NCBI RefSeq assembly: GCF_963921235.1
Contig: NC_086097.1
Coordinates: forward strand, 51,152,001-51,216,000
DNA from: Mobula hypostoma
Taxonomy: Eukaryota
Length of the DNA: 64,000 nt
Direction: 5' to 3'
The notes beneath the pieces were generated by a model. That model saw only the letters and a list, made by a program, of their open reading frames with translations, was not told the origin of the DNA and ran no database searches. Numbering within the stretch: the stretch's first letter is position 1; each line of letters starts with the position of its first letter. Made by a program: the position numbers and the translations under genes. Shown here piece after piece: positions 39,807 to 52,361 of this stretch.

Positions 39807-42800
39807 CTGTAATTAGAAGAATAAACATTAGTTTTTAAAAGCAAGATTTCAAAATGTTACATTCAACAAAATTTACCAGTTTACATTGTTTAAAATGGAT
39901 CATGACTTTTAAGGACAAGTCTATTTAGTTACAGCAAAAACTCCAATAATCTTAATATTTAGAGTTCCCCATGGTTCCCAGACTCCATTAAGGTCACCTA
40001 GTTCTATGGACCATGCTCCCTGTAAACTTACCATATCAACTGAAAATTCAATTCCAAAAAATGAATTAGAAAGGAGCTGGAGAATTAATCGGTGTAAATT
40101 CAATAGTCCAGAAAATCTGTCAAATCTGCAAGTCTGGACCACTGAATTTATACTTATTAATTCTCCAACTCGTGTTGGCCAAGACAAATTAATGTGTTGA
40201 CTAACCAACATATTGATGGAGCTTACTAGATTTCCCCAGAACTACATCAAAATTGTCTCCAGAGTTAGGGTATTTGTGCCCCAATTCACCTCCAGCAACT
40301 TCTCTTAAAAATCGGAATTTCCACAGACAGTAGAACACATTTACTTCACAACGTAACTGTCCCTATCAAATTTTGATAATAGGACAACATAATTCATTGG
40401 GAAAGATATTCTCGACTTCAATCAGGTGATAAGAATACTTTCACAGTGCCATTCCTTCAAGGGAGCGGTATTCTGAAGGTGCTTAAATTACTATTTAGGC
40501 ACTACAGCAATAAAGCAAATGAAATCTCAGTTTTTATTGCCTTGTCTGGTTTAAAATTCATGCATCCAGCAGATCTTAACCCTTGTTTGAGGGCTCTGCA
40601 CAATGAAGATGTAAAATTAAGAAATGATTGTAATAGAGACTCAATGCACATAGAATTACTAAAATACAATTGAATTGTGTTATATTCAATCACAAATACA
40701 ATGGCTGACTATTCCAATTAACCAGATCCCCTCCCCACCATTAAGCTCTGGTTAGAGTTAGTTATTTCAACAAGGATTAAAAAACATCTTTAGCACAGCC
40801 TTGGGATATTGCTTGAAAATTCCTTCTGGAAAATAGTTATGGAAGACACTAAGGATGATTTGGATTTCAGCATCAACATTCTATCCAAACATGTCTAGCA
40901 AGACTAATGTAAATTTGTGACTGAAGGATGCAAGATGCAAATTCAGATACAGACTTGAAGAATACAGCAGCTAAGCATTTTGAATTAATTCCTTATGTCA
41001 AGAATTATATGGATAAAATAATGGAAATAACTTTTGGTCTTGGTTTCTTAAGGTCAGAAAATTAAACAAGGGAAAATGTTTTAAGGTTAATGTTCTATTT
41101 ATGAAGGAAGGATCATCTGTAGAGGAAGATCATACAAGGACTCAAAACAGCTTTGTGTAACTGTGGTCTTGCACAAAGCATTATGCTTGCGCAGCTGTGC
41201 CAAACAGAATATTTTAGTGGCTCTCCCCTGCCGTGTACGTTTGTAGGTGGCAGTAAGGAGGATCAGCAAAACTGAGAAATTGTATTTTCATCCAAGAAAT
41301 GTGTAATTTATACAGAACTGTTTCAGCAAGGAAAGAGAACTTTGCAACCAATAATTTAGCATGTCAAATTCAGTTACTTTTTAAACCTAATTTGAGGATA
41401 CAAAACATTTAATTGATTAACTCCGTAATAAAAGCACTAACCATATACAATTTCAAGTTTAAAATGGATAATATTGAGGAACATAGATAAAAATAAACAT
41501 GACTGTGACTGCAAGCAATCCTCTAATTCAGCATCATATAATGTGCCAGTTTCACATCAAAACATGCTCCAATGTCACTCACCAATTGACAACTACTAGA
41601 GCAAGTACCAAACTTTTATTTAAAAGAAAGCAGAAATAACTTCACAAGAACTCCTTTCTGCACAACAGGGACAAATTCGAAAATTGGAACTAGCTCAACT
41701 GTGAAATCATGGGAATATCCTAAACAGTGAAATCATAGAAATACTCCTGCAGACTGAATGCAGATGTTTTACAAAATTAGCATTTAATCTGTGTTTGGTT
41801 TGTCTTGTCTACCACATTATCAACACTAAATGCTATATCCTAGTTTGAATGTACAAACTCCTTTTCTTCTCAGAAACCTCTGGAATGTGGTGCTCATTCC
41901 TCACATTACATCAGCCTGAAACATTTTGATAAGGACTTCTCTCATCCCATATGACCAGCGCCACCCCCCGAATCCCACTCCAGTACTCGACAGTTAAAAT
42001 AGTGAAACATCTTGCAGTGACCATGACAAGAGATTCTATCCTTCCACACACTTCTTAAAACCCTCTGCAGCCTTTCAACAACATAGTCCACACTGATTTG
42101 AAAGACTTTCTTTTACTCTGCAGCTGACTGTTAGAGCCAATATTGCCCATCTTGAGAACTTCTTACATTCTTCAGATTGACACATGCTTACCTCTAAATC
42201 TTTAACCAAATGACCTTCAAAGCCATTTTTCATCTCCAGACCCTTCCTCACCAATCATACCTAGTCAGGTCCACATCACTGCTCCTGTTAAACAGGCAAA
42301 AATTCTACTTCCTTGCATCATGTCCAAAATGGAATATTTTCTTCACAATTTTGATTTAACCTTTCCCTTGTTCAGCTGTTACCCCACATCCAAATGTGGG
42401 TTGAACTTGCAATATACAAAAAAATTAAATCATAAAAAACATTCACTTTCAGCCCCAGAACATCAGACACTGCTCCACTGATGAATTCATCTTTCAAAGT
42501 TTTGATGCCATCAGCACTGGAAAAAAAAGTCTGCAGTTTCGAGTCACCTTTTTCACAACATGGGCATTGCTGGGAGAGGCAACATTTATTATCTATCCTT
42601 AATTGCTCTTGGGAAGGAGGTGGCAAGTCACATTCCTGAAACACCTTCTAATGAAGAGTCACTTATGATGCCTTTGCATAGGAATTTTCAAGACACAGTC
42701 CATGATGACGAATTGCTTCCACGTCAGGGCGATACTGTTGACGACAACTTCCATAGCTTTGTCAATGACTGATAGATCAAACGTGCATGGAATGTGTTTA

Positions 42801-43379
42801 TCCTAGTTGTGGGCAGCACACTCCCGAACAGCCTTTCATGTTAACAGATCGCCAGTGTTGAAATGCACTGGCAGATACTTTTGCTGTATCCAGTACCCTC
42901 AATCATTACTTGTGAAAAGAATCCACTGAGGACTAGCTTCTGTAATTGTGGGGACTTCAGGGGAAATCTGAGCAATACTTCTGGTTGAACACAGCTGCAA
43001 ATGTTTTGCCACATGTCTGGCACAATCCCCGACACAAATTTAGGGCCCACTTTTCCTCTGCTGAATATAACTTGGCATGTTGCTGCAAGCCTACAATTAT
43101 CATTAAAGATTCAAATGCAATTTAGTTTACTAATGTGCCTAAGAGTTTAGCTTCCGACAGGGCAAATGTGCAAGAATGTCCTCTCTCAAAAGTCGACTAG
43201 AATTAACCAAAAACTTGCATCTGTTACATCTGCTCCCCGAACTGCGTCCTCCTCTTTCGTCCATTCTCAAGGAACTACCTATCTGAGACGTTAACCAAGT
43301 TATTGAAACGCAACACGATTCGGATCCTGCACACACCTGGAGGAAACGGCCAGCAATAAGTGGCCCGTGAGGGAATTTT

Positions 43380-43880
43380 AAACAGACCCACCTCCCCAGC
43401 CAAGTCCACCCCGCTCTGGCGCCGTCCGCCCCTGCCTTGCCCGGGCCCCATACTCACTCCTTAGGAGTGGAGACGTCTCCTTTTTGACGTATTTCCCCTG
43501 GACCTCAGGCGGCTTGGACGCTTCGTTTTTACTTTTTTTCCTTGATAACATCGCTTTAAAGCAGCGCTCCGCCCCCTCAGCACGGCCGCGCCCGCATCCT
43601 GTCACTCGGCCGCCGCGCACACACCGAACGCCGACGCCGAAGCCGCTCCGCCGCCTCAGCCGCAAACTTTAATTCGGACCCCTCCCGCCGCATGCTGGGA
43701 ACTGGCTCCACCGGGCATGCGCGGAACTGGCCAATGTTTACAAACTGCGGCCAATTAGCAGCGCTGGCTTCACTCGCCACCAGCGGGCTAGCGGGCTTTC
43801 ACACCTCAGGCTCGCCGCTCCGGCTTACGGGCTGTCTGCCCTCTCGCACCTCTAGTCCTGGGACACAAAAGATTAAATGC
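43380..43880. promoter_or_regulatory. CpG island / SAV1 promoter and 5' UTR
   Basis: Most strongly GC/CpG-rich non-repeat stretch in the window; spans exon 1; GC boxes (CCGCCC) and two GGCCAAT motifs near 43730 and 43750. Confidence 0.85.
43458..43551 (-). CDS. SAV1: Salvador homolog 1, coding exon 1 (MLSRKKSKNEASKPPEVQGKYVKKETSPLLR)
   Basis: Recognisable SAV1 N-terminus; ATG at 43551; donor GTGAGT begins at 43457; 94 nt, ends phase 1; lies in a CpG-rich island. Confidence 0.97.
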
Positions 43881-44259
43881 GCACACCCGGGGTTGCTAAC
43901 CCTCAAGCAGTTCCGAGATTTGAAGGATGTGGGAAAGCTTAACCCTGCAAATTGGAGACCATTTATCAGTCGGTTCTTGCCTGAGTTCCGGAGCATTTCC
44001 CGCGTTCTAGATCTATGATTTATTATTTGCAAAAAAAAATGCTGCCAACAATCCTAAAATATACATAACAAAGGAACATAGACAGTGAATTAATTTATAT
44101 CACCTACCTGTTTCTCTAAGCCTCTGGTAAAACAAAATATCTGCAATTTATAAACGTTGGAAAATGTAAACAAAAAGATGTCAATTGGCTCATCGTGTGT
44201 GCCAGTTGAAATATAGAGATCCAGCCAAATCCCACTTTCCTACATTTGGTTCACAACCT

Positions 44260-45922
44260 AACAGGCCAGTTAGTTTAACATCTATAGTTAGGAAAATGCT
44301 TGAAGCTATCATTAAAGAAGAAATAGCAAGGCATCTGGAAAGAAATGGATCCATCAGGCAGACACAGCATGGATTCAGCAAAGGCAGGTCCTGTTTGACA
44401 AACTTAATGGACTTCTCTGAAGATATAATGAGTGCTGTGGATAGAGGGTTGGCACGTGGCCAAGTGGTTAAGGCGTTTATCTAGTGATTCGAAGGTTGCT
44501 AGTTCGAGTCTTGGCTGAGGCAGCGTGTGTGTCCTTGACGACACCGGCGCCAAGCTGTATGGGTCCCTTGGACAACATTGGTATCATGGAGAGGGGAGAC
44601 TTGCAGCATGGGTCTTCCATACAACCTTGCCCAGGCCTGTGTCCTGGAAACCTTCCAAGGCGCAAATCCATGGTCTCATGAGACTAACGGATGCCTATAA
44701 GGATAGAGGGGAACTAATGGACGTTATTTGCTTGGATTTCCAGAAAGCATTCGATAAAGTGCTGCATAAAAGACTTATGCATAAGATAAGGATGCATAGA
44801 GTTGGTGGTGATGTACTAGCATGGATAGAGGATTGGTTACCTAATGGAAAGCAGAAAGTTGGGATACATGGATGTTACTCTGCTTGGCAATCGGTGGTGA
44901 GTGGTGTGCCACAGGGGTCGGTGCTAGGCCCACAACTGTTCGCGATACACATTAACGATCTGGAAGAGGGGACCGAGTGTAGTGTATCTAAGTTTGCTGA
45001 TGATACTAAATTGAATGGAAAAGCAAATTGTGCAGATGCGGAGAGTCTGCTGAGAGATATAGATAGATTAAGTGAGTGGACAAGGGTCTGGCGGATGGAG
45101 TAAAATGTTGGTAAATGTGAGGTCATCCACTTTGGAAGGAAAAATGAAAGAGCAGATTATTATTTAAATGGGGAAAAATTGCAGCTTGCTGCTGTTCAGA
45201 GGAACTTGGAGTGCTTGTGCATGAATCACAAAAAGTTGGTTTGCAGGTGCAGCAGGCTGTCAAGAAGGCAAATGAAATGTTGGCCTTCATTGCTAGAGGG
45301 ATTGAATTTAAGAGCAGGGAGGTTATGCCGCAACTATACAGGGTACTGGTGAGGCCGCAACTGGAGTACTGTGAGCAGTTCTGGTCTCCATACTTGAAGG
45401 AGGATATCCTGGCTTTGGAGGCAGTGCAGAGGAGGTTCACCAGGTTGATTCCAGAGATGAGGGGGTTAGACTATGAGGAGAAATTTGAGTTGCCTGGGAC
45501 TGTCCTCGCCGGAATTCATAAGAATGAGAGGAGATCTTATAGAAACATATACAATTATGAAAGGGATAGATAAGATAGAGGCAGGAAAGTTGTTTCCACT
45601 GGTAGGTGAGACTAGAACTAGGGGGCATAGCCTCAAGATTCAGGGGAGTAAATCTAGGATGGAGATTAGGAGGAACTGCTTTTCCCAGAGAGCAGTGAAT
45701 CTGTGCAGTTCTCTGCTCAATGAAACAGTGGAGGTGACCTCAGTAGATATATTTAAGACAAAGTTGGATAGATATTGCACAGCAAGGGAATTAAGGGTTA
45801 TGCGGAAAAGGCAGATAAGTGGAGGTGAGTCCATGGCCAAATCAGCAATGATCTTATTGAATGGTGGAGTAGGCTCAACGGGGCAGATGGCCTACTCCTG
45901 CTCCTATTATGTTCTTATGTCT
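44260..45922 (+). mobile_element. 5'-truncated CR1 LINE about 0.4 kb upstream of the SAV1 CpG island
   Basis: RPVSLTSIV, LDFQKAFDKV, GVPQGSVLGP, KFADDTKL, 3' tail. Confidence 0.92.
44449..44700 (+). mobile_element. tRNA-derived SINE with intact Pol III boxes, nested in CR1
   Basis: A-box TGGCCAAGTGG, B-box GTTCGAGTC; perfect 10-bp TSD GGATAGAGGG at 44439-44448 and 44701-44710. Confidence 0.88.
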
Positions 45923-46099
45923 TTGAGACCATATCCAAGTACTGTAAAACAGAAATGAGGGTTTCAGGCAGAGTTTCAATCCCTTATTACCCTATAGTGA
46001 AAGTGTTTCCCCTCATACCTTCTTGAATCCTGCTATCATAAATGTTAGCTTAATGCCCTTTGGTTTTTGACTACTCCACTCAGGGAAAAACACCCCTAA

Positions 46100-46415
46100 T
46101 TTTCCCCTCATTCCCTTTATTCCTCTCTACTGTCCTCTCTTATTAGAGTCCTTCTTCAGGCCTTTACTTCTTCCATGTATCACTCTTTATATCATAACCT
46201 TTCATCATCCTTCCCCACCCACCTACCTTCCTGCTCACCTGGACTTACCCATTTCCTGCCATCTTGTGCTCCTCCCTTCCCCCTACTTTTTTATTCTGGC
46301 TTCTGCCGCCTTTCTTTCTAGTTCTGATGAAGGGTCTCAGCCTGAACCAATACTATACATTTTCCTCCATTAATGCTGCCTGATCTGCTGAGTTCCTTCA
46401 TCATTTTGTGTTGCT
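46100..46415 (+). mobile_element. Old Penelope-like 3' end with decayed hammerhead core
   Basis: Pyrimidine-rich tract, then CTGATGAAGGGTCTCAGCCTGAAC at 46324 and ATGCTGCCTGATCTGCTGAGTTCC. Confidence 0.7.
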
Positions 46416-46725
46416 CCTAATTTTTTTGATATACACTGCATGATGCAAATCTTAGCGTAAAACAAAGCACATCCAGCCTATCCAATCTTGCAAGTATAAT
46501 TATCCATTCCTGAAAACATTCTTAAGTATCTGTACAACATTCTTTCCAGTGCAATCATATCCAACTTCTAAGCAAAGACCAAAACTGCATTCAGCCTTTG
46601 ATCAAACTAATAGAACATCGAACAGTACAGCACAGGAAACGCCCTTTGGCCCACAATGTGTGCTGAACCAGTTAAATTAGTAATCAAATGGCTAACTAGA
46701 CTAACTATCTAGACACAAAGACAAC

Positions 46726-48132
46726 TAACTTTGCCTCCAACTTTCACCCTGCCCTCAAATTTACCTGGTCCATTTCTGACACCTCCCTCCCCTTTCTTGA
46801 TCTTTCTGTCTCTGTCTCTGGAGACAGCTTATCTACTGATGTCTACTGTAAGCCTACGGACTCTCACAGCTACCTGGACTATTCCTCTTCCCATCCTATC
46901 TCTTGCAAAAATGCCATCCCCTTCTCACAGTTCCTCCGTCTCCGCTGCATCTGCTCTCAGAATGAGGCTTTTCATTCCAGGAAGAAGGAGGTGTCTTCCT
47001 TTTTTAAAGAAAGGGGCTTCCCTTCCTCCACCATCAACTCTGCTCTCAAATGCATCTCTCCCATTTCACGCACATCTGCTCTCACCCCATCCTCCTGCCA
47101 CCCCACTGGGGATAGGGTTCCCCTTGTCCTCACCTACCAGCCCACCAGCCTCCGGGTCCAACATATAATTCTCCGTAACTTCTGCCACCTCCATCAGGAT
47201 CCCACCACCAAGCACATCTTTCCCTCCTCCCACCTTTCTGCCTCCCTCAGGGATCGCTCCCTACGCGACTCCCTTGTCCATTTGTTCCCCCCATCTCTTC
47301 CCAACGATCTCCCTCCCAGCACTTATCCTTGTAAGTGGAACAAGCGCTACACGTGCCCTTACACTTCCTCCCTCACCACCATTCAGGGCCCCAGACTGTC
47401 CTTCCAGGTGAGGCGACTCTTCACCTGTGAGTCGGCTGGTGTGATATACTGCGTCTGGTGCTCCCGGTGCGGCGTTCTATATATTGGCGAGACCCGACGC
47501 AGACAGGGAGACTGTTTCGCTGAACACCTTCGCTCTGTCTGCAAGAGAAAGCAGGATCTCCCAGTGGTCACACTTTTTAATTCCACGTCCCATCCCCATT
47601 CTGATATGTCCATCCATGGCCTCCTCTACTGTCAAGATGAAGCCACACTCAGGTTGGAGGAACAACACCTTACATTCCATCTGGGTAGCCTCCAACCCGA
47701 TGGCATGAACATTGACCTCTCTAACTTCCGTTAATGCCCCTCCTCCCCTTCTTACCCCATCCCTTATTTATTTATTTATTATTAATTTTTTCCCCCTTTC
47801 TTTCTCTCTCTCTTTTTTCTCCCTCTGTCCCTCTCACTATAACTCCTTGCCTGTTCTCCATCTTCCTCTAGTGCTCCTCTCCTCCCATCCCATGATCCTC
47901 TCCCTCTCCAGCCTTGTACTGTATCCCTTTTGCCAATCAACTTTCCAGCCCTCCCCCTCCTGTCTTCTCCTATCATTTTGGATCTCCCCCTCCCACTCCC
48001 ACTTTCAAATCTCTTACTATCCTTTCTTTCAGTTAGTCCTGACGAAGGGTCTTGGCCCAAAATGTCAGCTGTACCACTTCCTATAGATGCTGCCTAACCT
48101 GCTGTGTTCCACCAACATTTTGTGTGTGTTGC
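46726..48132 (+). mobile_element. 5'-truncated Penelope-like element (Neptune-type) with open GIY-YIG domain
   Basis: ORF 46991..47734: linker PCKWNKRYTCPY, FTCESAGVIYCVWCSRCGVLYIGETRR...FAEHL...PDGMNID; 3' end AGTCCTGACGAAGGGTCTTGGCCCAAAA (core GAAA mutated). Confidence 0.92.
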
Positions 48133-48344
48133 ATCAAAATTACACTTTGCTTCCTGCCACTAATTTTGGATTCAATTTTCTACTCTCCCTGGAATCCCAG
48201 TGTTAAGGATTGTTGGACATGGGCATCTGAAAATGTGGATAGTAGGCATTTCTACAAAGGAGAACCAATCTTTAAGAACAACTGTTCAAATTGAAGTGCA
48301 ACCAGTAATTAGTTTTGAAATTAAAAAGTACAGCTTTATAAGCA

Positions 48345-48540
48345 AACAGAGCAATACACACACAATGCTGGAGGAACTTAGCAGTTTATTCTGCATCTAT
48401 GGAGAGAAATAAACAGTTAGTGTTTTGGTCTAAGATCTTTAATCATGAAGGGTCTCAGACTCATATGCCCACTATAGACCTGCTGAGCTCATCCAGCATT
48501 TTGTTTGTGTTGTTCAAGATTTCCAGCATCTGCAGCATCT
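48345..48540. mobile_element. Old fold-back Penelope-end element
   Basis: GCAATACACA..AATGCTGGAGGAACTTAGCAG inverted against CTGCTGAGCTCATCCAGCATT..TGTGTTG, followed by the GATTTCCAGCATCTGCAG tail. Confidence 0.7.
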
Positions 48541-51500
48541 CACCTACAGGACACAGGCTGTTGGGCACACAGCAGGAAGCTGCTTAAGAGATATAGCTTG
48601 CAAATTACATTACTGTGAGATATATTCTTGTAAGCATCAGCAAACATGGGGTAATTGGCCTACATCAAAACAAGTATGTGACATTTTCAGTTAAGTTATT
48701 TTGAATCATGGTGACAGAGATCGGGAAAGGTTTCAGACCAAACTTATTTTGTCACAAAGCATATCAGACCTGGTCATAGATATACTTATTCTGTCAATCA
48801 ATAATTGGTACTTTTATGTACCCAGATAGTTAGCTCCCACTAGTTTTGGGTGACTGGGGTTTATGTCCTCTCAAGTTTTTGGATCATTCACATGAATTAC
48901 TTTGTCCCTGCTAAGGTATTTAAATATTTAGAGGTGTCTAGTTAGTTACAATGTGCTTCCATTGTAAACCAATGACCTTTTCTAAGATTCAAAATATCGA
49001 AGTAAACAATGTTATTGTAGCTATTGAAATGTTATGAATCAATTGCACTTATCTTTGTTCTCACAAGCATAAAAACTTGTCTTATTTTGAGTCTTGAAAC
49101 GTTTTACAGTGATTCTTCCAGGAGCCAGATTTCCACCAGGTCTCCCCTTGAATGCTAATTGTTGTGCTGAATAAAGACCGTTATGAAGTTTGGTCCACGG
49201 TCCTTATTCAGTCACAATACCCACAAGCTCTTACTTTTTTTAGACAGCTTACTAAGTGAGACATTGAAAAATCCTCTGCTAAAGTCCACACAGACTAAAT
49301 AAAATTTACTGGTCTCATTGACCCTTCTCGTTAAGTTCAAGTTCAGATTTATTGTCATTCAACCATACACATGTATATAGCTAAATGAAACAACTATGAC
49401 CAAGGTGCAAAACTCAGCACATATATCACGGACAGCACCTAAAATAATATTAACTTTTGCCATGGTTTTGGTATAGCTGGACTCTATTGCTCTCAGTAGA
49501 TGGTCTGGCACTCCATGAGCTTTCAGGATCTTCATCATTTTACCTCAAGCAGGTTCTACTCTATGCATCTATAATACATCTTTGGTTTTATTCTGTTTTA
49601 GTTGCCAACATTTATTAATGCCCTTTCTTTGTTTTTTTCCTGATTTTTCTTTTAAGTTCACCCTTAAATTTTACCAATTCTTCAAGTCTTTCTGTATCAT
49701 GAAGCAGAGATATGGTATCGGTTGTAATAGTGTACCACTTTAAGAATTTAATTAGTATTTGGACTGTGATCGGTTTGCAGCATTGTTCAGGGTGAGGTAT
49801 CATTACAGCAGATCAATGCTGAATTCCGTTTGAAATCCCTATATCCTTTCTATGTTGTGGTGCTTAAAACCATCCAAAGTATTTCAGGAACATTCGATGT
49901 AGAGCTTTGTATAAATGCACCAAACCAATATTCCCTTGAACTCCACTTCTCTACACATCATCTGCATTCCATTAGTTTTGTTGTTTATATATCTGACCGT
50001 GATATTTTGGTGATCCATGTACATAAATCTGCACTTGCATTTCACTGTTATGAAAAAAATGTGAAAAAAGGCTCTCTGATTGACATTCACAATTGAGAAA
50101 CAGAGGCCCATTACCCAATTTGTGACAGAAGTTAGTGCATCATATAAATGGATATTTTGGACAATCAATGTGAGTTGTATGGTCACTAGCAAGACACTGT
50201 ACAAGTTAGACATTTGATGAAACCTTCCAATAATAGATACAGCTTAACTTTGTAACCCTAGTTGCCTTAGAGACAGTTAAACAGAAATTATCCACATACA
50301 TCAATTCACCATTACCAACACGGTTTATTCTTCTACATAACCAGACGCATATTCAACTGTCTAGTACAACTAAATGTGAAATACTCTGTTGATGGACAAG
50401 GCATATAAGAAAAATGCAAAGTAATGATATTTCACCTTAAATGTTATGTCAAATCATAATGTACGGGGACTGGAAGCATATCCCCATGAAGGTCACGTAC
50501 AGTAACAGGGTGTTGAAACACTCAGAAGTATTCACATACAGATCCTGAAATCTAAAATGATTTTGTATTTACAGTATATGGCTGCTTTTGTAACCTGCAG
50601 AATAGTTCATAAGACTTATGCTAATATTAATTGATTGCTATGGCATTTCAACCAAGGGTGGACCTCAGGTGACAGAATCAAATTGTGCAGTTCATTAGAT
50701 CAAAAATGCAGACGCAACTCAATTTTCATTTTGAAGTCATTCATTTTGTTCTCATTTTCATATATTTTAAATACAAATGGAAGGAATTATGTTTCAAAGG
50801 AACGTGCCATAACTCAAAATATTTTGGGTGAACAATTGCAAAAATTCTTTTTAAACATAACATTTGCAATTTACCATGTGTACGTTGCCATTTGACATGG
50901 AGGTTTCACTCTGTATGTCAAATGTTGTACAAAGTAGAGACTTTTTAAAAATAGAGTTAACAGATAAGGGAACAGTCATGAAACTCCATGTTTTCGGCTT
51001 TTCATCTATGTGTTTTTCTGGGTATGACAAAGGGAAAATAGATAACATAAAGGCAACTCCAAATTACAGGAAATTACTCCAAGTGTAAGTGTTCCCAAAA
51101 CTGTTGTTTCAGGTTCTATCTGAAAAAATTTGAGAACCAAGGAAACTCTTCTATTTCATCCAAGACAGGTTTCTCATCCCACCGTTGACTATTGAATGGT
51201 TCCCTACTATGATAAGATGGATTCTTGACCTCACAATCTACCTCATTATGATCTTGCACCTTATTGTTGACCTGCATGACACTTTCTCTGTAGCTATTAC
51301 ACTTTATTTTGCATTCTGTTATTGTTTTACCTTATTGTGCCTCAATGCACAGTGTAATGATTTGTCTGTGCGTACAGTATGCAAAGCAAGCTTTTCACTG
51401 TATGTCAGTACTGTACATGTAACAATAAACCAATTCCAGTTCTCCCATGCTCTAACAGCAAAATGGTTTGGCATCATTCCTGATCAAATGCAGACTCCAC

Positions 51501-52361
51501 AGCAACACCTCATAAAGTCAGAGTGGGAAGGAGCACCCATGCCAAGAATGGAGAATATTTCAAATATAACCTGGGTTATATTTCTGGGTACCACCTGGGC
51601 AGCATTCATTTCCATTTGCTGCCTGACCTGCTGAGTTCCTCCAGCACATTGTGTGTGTTACACTTAAAATGACCACATTTGTAAACTCAGAAAATAGACC
51701 ATCTGTCCTAACCATCAGTCACCTTTGCAAGATATATATATATACTTTATAATATAATATTTTTATATATAATACTTTACTTTAAAATTCACTATTCCTG
51801 AAACAAAAAGGTAATTTAAAAATATAGGGAAGACAGGTTGTGGTGATGGGTTCATCCTCATTGTTAGATTTCCTGCTATTTCTGTCAGCCCTATTAAGGG
51901 CCCAGTTGATTTCCTTCACCTTGTAGCCATTCTATAGGAACGTTGTGAGTGATCATCTTGTTTCCTTGGGGAGACTCTCTGAGTCCAAAATAGTTTCTGC
52001 ACGGTTAATCAAAGCAGAAAGAACCACTCTACATTGGGAGGTGTGATGGTGGCTGTTACTGTCGAGATACAAATCTATGTAAGTGGGTTTCTGATAGACA
52101 CCGTATCTGAGGCTACTACTTTCCGTCATATTAGAATGCCTAGGAATGGGAAGCAATCACTGTTCTCCATCTCCCTTGTGAATTGGATGTTTGGACGTAT
52201 ACTGTTCAGATGGTCGTGGAACTATTGGAGTGCCTGGTGTACAGAGTGGCTGCAAGGTGAAGGAAATCAATTGGGCCCACTAAAGGGCTGACAGAAAAAC
52301 CAGGACACCTGACAATGAGGAGGAACCCGTTGCCACTGCCGGTCTTCCCTACACTTGCGTG

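Noticed and set aside
43484..44032. GC-rich ORFs or a divergent gene at the SAV1 promoter
   Set aside because: Expected in a CpG island; no homology or splice structure seen
44449..44525. Possible tRNA gene
   Set aside because: No acceptor stem or terminator; continues into a SINE body bounded by a TSD
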